A DNA stretch of 64,000 bases from Nitrosopumilaceae archaeon (GTDB taxonomy: Archaea > Thermoproteota > Nitrososphaeria > Nitrososphaerales > Nitrosopumilaceae), in the NCBI GenBank assembly GCA_965207375.1, contig OZ242274.1:96001-160000 (forward strand), read 5' to 3'. A program made the translations under genes and the position numbers. Positions within the stretch are counted from its first letter, which is position 1. Each line of letters starts with the position of its first letter. Positions 58,289 to 64,000 of this stretch are shown here, in pieces. Under the pieces are notes generated by a model. That model was not told where the DNA came from. It was given only the letters and a program-made list of their open reading frames with translations, and did not search any database.

Positions 58289-59759
58289 GACCCTGCAATG
58301 AGGGAGTAGCCATTTCTGCAAACTGTATTAGCGGCTCTGGATATACACCAAATCCCACCATAAACAGAATGGAAAATATCATGACGGCAATTACAGATTT
58401 TGGTTCAGAAACACGTTTTTCATTTTCTCCTTCAAAGTACATTTTTCTCATGATCCAGCCATAATATGCTAAAGACAGTGCACTGTTGAGTACGCCTGCA
58501 ATGGCAAGCCATGCAGTCCATGGGACGGTGATGCTTGCATCAAGGGCTGCACCAAACAAGATAAGTTTGCTCCAAAATCCGCCAAGTGGTGGAACGCCTG
58601 CTAGAGCAAAAAGAGAGATTAAAAGGCCAAGAGAGGTAATGGGCATTTTTCTGCCCAACCCTTTGAGTTTGTCTAGATGTGTTACTGCCAGGGTTGTAAC
58701 AATACCTGCAATGGCAATAAATGCAGCACCCTTCATGACTGCGTGATTCATTACGTGTAATAGGGAGCCATGAAGTCCGGTCGGGGAGAACGGGGCAACT
58801 GCCAAGCCAATCAAAAGATATCCGGCATGACCAATGCTAGAGTACGCAAGCATTCTAGCAAGATTTTTTTGCATGATGGCTGCCACATTTCCTATCGTCA
58901 TAGTCATTACCGCAATTACGCCCAAGGCTAGTGCCCAATCAACATTGAGTGCCACAGTTCCAAGTATAACTACGCGTATTGCCGCTGCAAATCCTGCCTT
59001 TTTTGTTCCCGCAGCTAGCAATGCAGTAATTGGCGGAGGCGAGCCTTCGTATGTGTCTGGCAGCCACATATGAAACGGCACCAAACCCATCTTAAAGCCA
59101 AATCCTGCAATGAATAGTCCCACCGATAACAATGCCAACGGCAGCATGCTGGCATCAACATTGGCAAATCCCTGAATTACTTCACTGATATTGGTAGAAC
59201 CGGTAATACCGTAGGCCAAAGATATGCCGTATACTATAATTGCAGAAGATAATGCACCAAACAAAAAGTATTTGAGGGCGCCCTCGTTGGAGCGGGGATC
59301 CTTTTTTATAAATCCTGCAAGCACATATGTAGGAATGCTCATCAGCTCCCAAGCAACAAACAGCATTACCAAATCAGTAGAATATGCAACTAGAACCATG
59401 CCGATTGCAGACAACAGAATCAGAGAATAATAGACTGCATGGTGTCTGTGTTTTCTCATATAGTTAAAAGAGCCGACAGTTGTCATGACGGCCACAATCA
59501 ACATTGCAATTGCAAAGAACCCGCCAAACAGATCATCAGAAATTACATCCTCAGAAAATAATGCAGCAGGTGCAACGTTGTTATTTATTATCTGATATCC
59601 TACAAATGCAATAGATGCAATCAGGGCACCAAATGCGATAACTGCATAAAATGAATTTCCGCCCTGCTCCTTGCGCGCAATACTGATCACCGGCAGCAAG
59701 ACGCCAACAGTACCCAAAATTGCAACTATTATCATCGGAGTGGAGGTAAAGTCTATCAT
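58278..59759 (-). CDS. nuoN: NADH-quinone oxidoreductase subunit N
   Basis: EGALKYF, PFHMWLPDTYEG, RMLAYSSIGHAG. Confidence 0.94.
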   Translation of the reverse strand: MIDFTSTPMIIVAILGTVGVLLPVISIARKEQGGNSFYAVIAFGALIASIAFVGYQIINNNVAPAALFSEDVISDDLFGGFFAIAMLIVAVMTTVGSFNYMRKHRHHAVYYSLILLSAIGMVLVAYSTDLVMLFVAWELMSIPTYVLAGFIKKDPRSNEGALKYFLFGALSSAIIVYGISLAYGITGSTNISEVIQGFANVDASMLPLALLSVGLFIAGFGFKMGLVPFHMWLPDTYEGSPPPITALLAAGTKKAGFAAAIRVVILGTVALNVDWALALGVIAVMTMTIGNVAAIMQKNLARMLAYSSIGHAGYLLIGLAVAPFSPTGLHGSLLHVMNHAVMKGAAFIAIAGIVTTLAVTHLDKLKGLGRKMPITSLGLLISLFALAGVPPLGGFWSKLILFGAALDASITVPWTAWLAIAGVLNSALSLAYYGWIMRKMYFEGENEKRVSEPKSVIAVMIFSILFMVGFGVYPEPLIQFAEMATPSLQGLMP

Positions 59760-59771
59760 TTCATTTTTCTC

Positions 59772-61850
59772 CTAAATTAACAATATCAGGACTACAAATA
59801 GTAATCCTGCTCCAAATACGAATAGATAAGACTGGGCAATTCCGGTTTGTGTTCCCTGTACCACCTTAGCACCCCAAGCAGTTGCCCTCTCAAAGCCCAC
59901 ATTCATGCCCGTATCGATAGCAGTTTTCTCAAAGTATCTAAATACGCCCCTTGCAAGCCACAACGGTGCCACCACAAAGCACCAATATATCATGGCATTA
60001 AGATACCACCTGTTTAGTAAAAGTTTGTGTATGGCATAAAAGAAAATGTTGGAATTTACAAATCTGACCGGATCTATAAACCTTCCAATATAAAATACGT
60101 AACCCAATCCGATACCGATTGCAAATGCTGCAAGTGATGAGCCAAGTGCAACAGGATTTAATCCAGACAGGAATCCTGGCAGAATCGAATCGGCTGCCTC
60201 ATAATGTACAGAATGAATGCCAAACGTATCATCAAGATATACATCAAATAGGTGATGCAGTTCCTGCTCAAATCCTAGTCCGATAATGCCTATTCCAATA
60301 GTTAGAACCGCCAAAATTCCATATGGCACCCACATTGATAACGGAGCCTCGTGAATATGACGTCCCTGCTCTTGCATCTTTTCAAGGTGTTTGCTTGGCT
60401 TGCCAAAAAATACCATGCCTATCATTCGTGTAGTGTAAAATGCAGTAATTACAGCAGTAAGCACCGCAATTGCATAAAGCGGCAGTGCCCACTCGCTTCC
60501 AGAGGTGTACACAGATGCAAATATTGCATCCTTGCTCCAGAATCCTGTAGTGATAAATGGTGCCCCCATCAGTGCAAGGCCTGCAGCCCACATAAACGCA
60601 TAAGTTTTTTTCATGTGTTTTCGCAGACCTCCCATATCTGTCATAAATCTAGAACCTACAACGTGTAAAAGCGAACCTGCTGCCATAAACAACGAGGCCT
60701 TAAACATTGCATGTGAAATCAAATGAAAGAATCCGGCAGTATAGCCATCAACGTATTGGTGAGACAGTCCTGCAACCCCTAGTGCCATCATCATGTAGCC
60801 AATTTGGGAACCAGTCGAATATGCCAATACCTTTTTGATTTCTGGATTGACCATTCCTTGCGTTGCAAGTAACAGTGCAGTGATTGCTCCAACCCATGCA
60901 ATAATTTCAAAGAACTGATCCATCATGATTCCTGCAGCTGCCAAGGCAAAAAACAGCGGTCCGATTCTTGCAACCAAAAAGACACCTGCCTTTACCATTG
61001 TAGCTGCGTGAATCAGTGCAGAAACTGCTGTAGGACCTGTCATTGCCTCAAGCAGCCATTCATTTAATGGAAACTGGGCGGATTTTCCAATTGCTCCACC
61101 AAACAAAAGTACCGCAGCAGGCACAAGCAGTCCTTGGGCCTGCATGGAAACTGCCCATGCAGTATCATGTGTCAGCTCCCTAAATCCAAACGTGCCTGCA
61201 AACGCAAATATCAAAAACATTCCTGCAAGCATCATGATATCACCAATCTTTGTCATGATGAATGCCTTCATTCCCGCATGTGTCGGCGAGTAATATGCTG
61301 CCAATCCAAGTGCAGTATGACCTTGGGTACCTACATAATCCTTTTTCTTATCTCGATACCAGAAGCTTATCAACATGTATGAGGCAAGACCTACGCCCTC
61401 CCAGCCAAAGAAGACCTGCAATAAATTATCTGAAAGCACAATGAGTTGCATGGAACCTATAAAAAACATCATCCAGAACCAGAATCTGGTAATGTCTTTG
61501 TCACCCTTCATGTAACCGGTACCATAAATCATAATCAAAAATGAAATCCATCCTACAACATTTGCCATTATGACTGCCAGAGGATCTGCAAGAACCCCAG
61601 CTTCAAGACCTATTGCATTAATCCACATAATTTGATCATGAAGTTCGGTGCCAGATAATGCGCCCGGAAGCATTGATGCTGCAGATAATGCGCTCATTAA
61701 TGCAAATCCTACTGCGACCCAGCCGGTACCCCGTTTTGTGAATCGCCCAATTGCAGGCATTATCAACGCTGCAATAAACGGCAAAATCCATACTGCCCAT
61801 GCTGCGTTTGCGGTAACCTCAAATGGCAAGGCCATAGTTTCAGTTGCCAT
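59772..61850 (-). CDS. nuoL: NADH-quinone oxidoreductase subunit L
   Basis: GKSAQFPL..WL..AMTGPTAVSALIHAATMV, FWSKD. Confidence 0.95.
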   Translation of the reverse strand: MATETMALPFEVTANAAWAVWILPFIAALIMPAIGRFTKRGTGWVAVGFALMSALSAASMLPGALSGTELHDQIMWINAIGLEAGVLADPLAVIMANVVGWISFLIMIYGTGYMKGDKDITRFWFWMMFFIGSMQLIVLSDNLLQVFFGWEGVGLASYMLISFWYRDKKKDYVGTQGHTALGLAAYYSPTHAGMKAFIMTKIGDIMMLAGMFLIFAFAGTFGFRELTHDTAWAVSMQAQGLLVPAAVLLFGGAIGKSAQFPLNEWLLEAMTGPTAVSALIHAATMVKAGVFLVARIGPLFFALAAAGIMMDQFFEIIAWVGAITALLLATQGMVNPEIKKVLAYSTGSQIGYMMMALGVAGLSHQYVDGYTAGFFHLISHAMFKASLFMAAGSLLHVVGSRFMTDMGGLRKHMKKTYAFMWAAGLALMGAPFITTGFWSKDAIFASVYTSGSEWALPLYAIAVLTAVITAFYTTRMIGMVFFGKPSKHLEKMQEQGRHIHEAPLSMWVPYGILAVLTIGIGIIGLGFEQELHHLFDVYLDDTFGIHSVHYEAADSILPGFLSGLNPVALGSSLAAFAIGIGLGYVFYIGRFIDPVRFVNSNIFFYAIHKLLLNRWYLNAMIYWCFVVAPLWLARGVFRYFEKTAIDTGMNVGFERATAWGAKVVQGTQTGIAQSYLFVFGAGLLFVVLILLI

Positions 61851-61851
61851 A

Positions 61852-63399
61852 CTAAACTCCCAACACTCCGTTCATGTAAGGCATGATTTGTTCTAGGAAA
61901 ATATCAGGATAAATACCTAAAACAACGGTGAATCCGGCAAGAACCATCATAGGGGCAGTCATGTACCAGCTAGCTTCTCGGACATTGGTCAAACTGTTTG
62001 GCAGCTTGCCAAAGAATACGCGTTTTAGCATCCACAATATATAAGACATTGTAAGTGCCGTTGCAACAAGTCCCAGTCCGAATGTGATCATTCGAATCGT
62101 AGAACCCTCCTCGATGGCAGTCTCCAATGCACCATAAAAGAGAATCCATTCGCCCATAAAACCGCTAGTTGGCGGAACACCCATAATTGTCAGTGCACCA
62201 ATTACTGCGCATACTGCCGTGATTGGCATTTTGCCTGCAAGACCTCCAAGTTTTGAGATCTGTCTTGTACCTACCTTTACGATAAGAATGCCTGCAGTCA
62301 TGAAGAGGATTCCTTTTCCTAACGCGTGTGTAACATACATCATTTCAGCACCTGCCAACCCCATTGATGAATAGGTCCCAATTCCAAACAGGAGATATCC
62401 CATCTGACTAATACTAGAATATGCAAATAGTTTTTTGATGTCATCTTGCATCAGTGCCATTGCACCTCCATAGAACATGGTAACTAACCCCCAGACATGA
62501 AACCAAATTGATAATTCATAAAAAGCAGACGGCAGAAATTCCACAATCAACCTAAAGATTCCGTATGCACCGATTCCAATCATTGCAGGAGACAAAAGTG
62601 CACTAATTGGAGTAGGCGCCGCACCGTGAACATGGGGAAGCCAAATATGAAACATAAACGCTGCAAGCTTTACTCCAAGACCGATTGCAATTGCTACTGC
62701 AGATATTAGCAATACGTCTTGTGGAATTGCCGATTCCTCAATGTCTGCAAAGTCAAAGCTTCCTATACTAAGACCGATCATCAAAAATCCAAGTAATAGT
62801 ACCACTGCGCCAACATGTGTCCAAAACAAAAACATCAGTGCGATTTTTCTTCTAGGTCCGTCACCCCAAAAGGCAATCAAAAAGAAACCCGGAATGAGCA
62901 TGACCTCAAAAAATATGTAAAATTGAATGAGATTTGTTGCAAGAACGGTTCCCAGCATGCCCATTGCAAAAACCAAATACAGTGCAAAATACAGACCAGA
63001 TTTTGCATTGATGTAACTCTCTAATCCCTCCGAGTCTGCTGTAGTCTGTCCAGAGGTAGTAATTTCATGTTGCATCTGCGCGTACTGTTCCTTGAATTTG
63101 TGAATCATGTATGGCTTTGAATAAAGTACTAAAATGGTAGACAGGACATAGATCATAATGGCAAACGGGGACGCTAGTCCGTCAAGCAGGAATCCAAACT
63201 CTCCAAACATGCTAGTCCACGGATAATGCTCCTCGTATGTTCCATCAACTGCTGGAATTATGATAATGACTGTACAGTAAAGAAGAATTGCAAATGTAAA
63301 CCACATTACAGGCGTAGGTCCTGCCTTTCTGCCGATCAGGTACGCCACAGGTGATAGTAATAGAGGCAAGAAAACTGCCTGAATTAATGCATATTCCAT
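61852..63399 (-). CDS. nuoM: NADH-quinone oxidoreductase subunit M
   Basis: FYIFFE, FHIWLPHVH..APT, AYSSISQMG. Confidence 0.94.
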   Translation of the reverse strand: MEYALIQAVFLPLLLSPVAYLIGRKAGPTPVMWFTFAILLYCTVIIIIPAVDGTYEEHYPWTSMFGEFGFLLDGLASPFAIMIYVLSTILVLYSKPYMIHKFKEQYAQMQHEITTSGQTTADSEGLESYINAKSGLYFALYLVFAMGMLGTVLATNLIQFYIFFEVMLIPGFFLIAFWGDGPRRKIALMFLFWTHVGAVVLLLGFLMIGLSIGSFDFADIEESAIPQDVLLISAVAIAIGLGVKLAAFMFHIWLPHVHGAAPTPISALLSPAMIGIGAYGIFRLIVEFLPSAFYELSIWFHVWGLVTMFYGGAMALMQDDIKKLFAYSSISQMGYLLFGIGTYSSMGLAGAEMMYVTHALGKGILFMTAGILIVKVGTRQISKLGGLAGKMPITAVCAVIGALTIMGVPPTSGFMGEWILFYGALETAIEEGSTIRMITFGLGLVATALTMSYILWMLKRVFFGKLPNSLTNVREASWYMTAPMMVLAGFTVVLGIYPDIFLEQIMPYMNGVLGV

Positions 63400-63704
63400 T
63401 ATCCCTTCAGGCTCCTAAATTCTGCAACATCTACATTTTGATACATCCTATATGCAACAATGATTAGTGAAAGTCCTACTGCGACCTCGGCTGCGGCAAT
63501 AGCAATTGAAAACAACGCCATGGTCTGACCCCCACTGTGAGGCAAGAACCTTGCAAATGCCACAAGATTGAGATTTGCAGCATTGATTATAATTTCAACT
63601 GCAAACAGCATTCTAATTGCATTACGTTTTACAGATAACCCATAGATTCCAATTCCCAAAAGGGCAATTGATACAATGACAAAATCAGTCAGTTCGTTGA
63701 CCAT
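63399..63704 (-). CDS. nuoK: NADH-quinone oxidoreductase subunit K
   Basis: KRNAIRML..VE, AAAEVAVGL, LKG terminus. Confidence 0.93.
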   Translation of the reverse strand: MVNELTDFVIVSIALLGIGIYGLSVKRNAIRMLFAVEIIINAANLNLVAFARFLPHSGGQTMALFSIAIAAAEVAVGLSLIIVAYRMYQNVDVAEFRSLKG

Positions 63705-64000
63705 TTTCCAACTCCTCCTCTCTTCTTGCAAGTACCAGTGCACCAGTTACAGATGCAGACAGTATAAGGGCCATCAAGACCAGTGCGGGCCAATAATATG
63801 TTAAAAAGTCAGTACCAATTTCTCGAAAATCAACTGGGGGCTCATCTGTGGTTACAGACTTTATACCCGAATCCAGGATAACTGCGCCAATGGAGACCAT
63901 AAAGACCAACATCAGGGCAATGCCTGCAAATTTTCGTCGCCTGTCTTCGACCTTTTTGAAGATTAATTCACGCTTTACCAACATTACTGTAAATAGAATC
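63685..64000 (-). CDS. nuoJ: NADH-quinone oxidoreductase subunit J (5' end outside the window)
   Basis: IG..FLT.Y...L...LIL....GALVLAR; directly upstream of nuoK. Confidence 0.85.
   Translation of the reverse strand, partial: ILFTVMLVKRELIFKKVEDRRRKFAGIALMLVFMVSIGAVILDSGIKSVTTDEPPVDFREIGTDFLTYYWPALVLMALILSASVTGALVLARREEELENGQRTD

Noticed and set aside
711-63024. Numerous 60-180 aa antisense or alternate-frame ORFs in the track
   Set aside because: They are shadows of well-supported genes or IS elements and carry no motifs.

Overview
The window looks archaeal, most like an ammonia-oxidising Nitrososphaerota (Nitrosopumilaceae-like) genome; this is inferred from gene content and protein style, not from a search. 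Core genes occupy both ends: iscS, larE, larC, a Trm5-like methyltransferase, an N-acetyltransferase, a site-2 protease, a LarA-like protein and pyrE (1-7928); and tRNA-Ile(CAU), a TenA/PqqC-like gene, tRNA-Glu, a polyprenyl synthase and nuoNLMKJ (56477-64000). Between them lies about 48 kb of accessory DNA. An IS-rich stretch spans about 8-15.9 kb. A roughly 40.6-kb element follows, integrated at the 3' end of tRNA-Ile(CAU) and bounded by a direct repeat (15924-15942 / 56477-56495). Its backbone is satellite- or plasmid-like: tyrosine integrase, wHTH regulator, SF3 helicase, iteron-like origin and an RHH protein, with no recognisable capsid or conjugation genes. Its defence cargo comprises an OLD nuclease, a DUF262-DUF1524 protein, two AlbA_2/Schlafen proteins and a phosphorothioation locus, dndBCDEA converging on pbeABCD-like genes. 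The most unusual feature is that each of the two converging operons is headed by a paralogous HNH nuclease with a shared SBD-like N-terminus, while the PbeA-like helicase has a degenerate PLD nuclease motif. All product calls come from motif recognition by eye.
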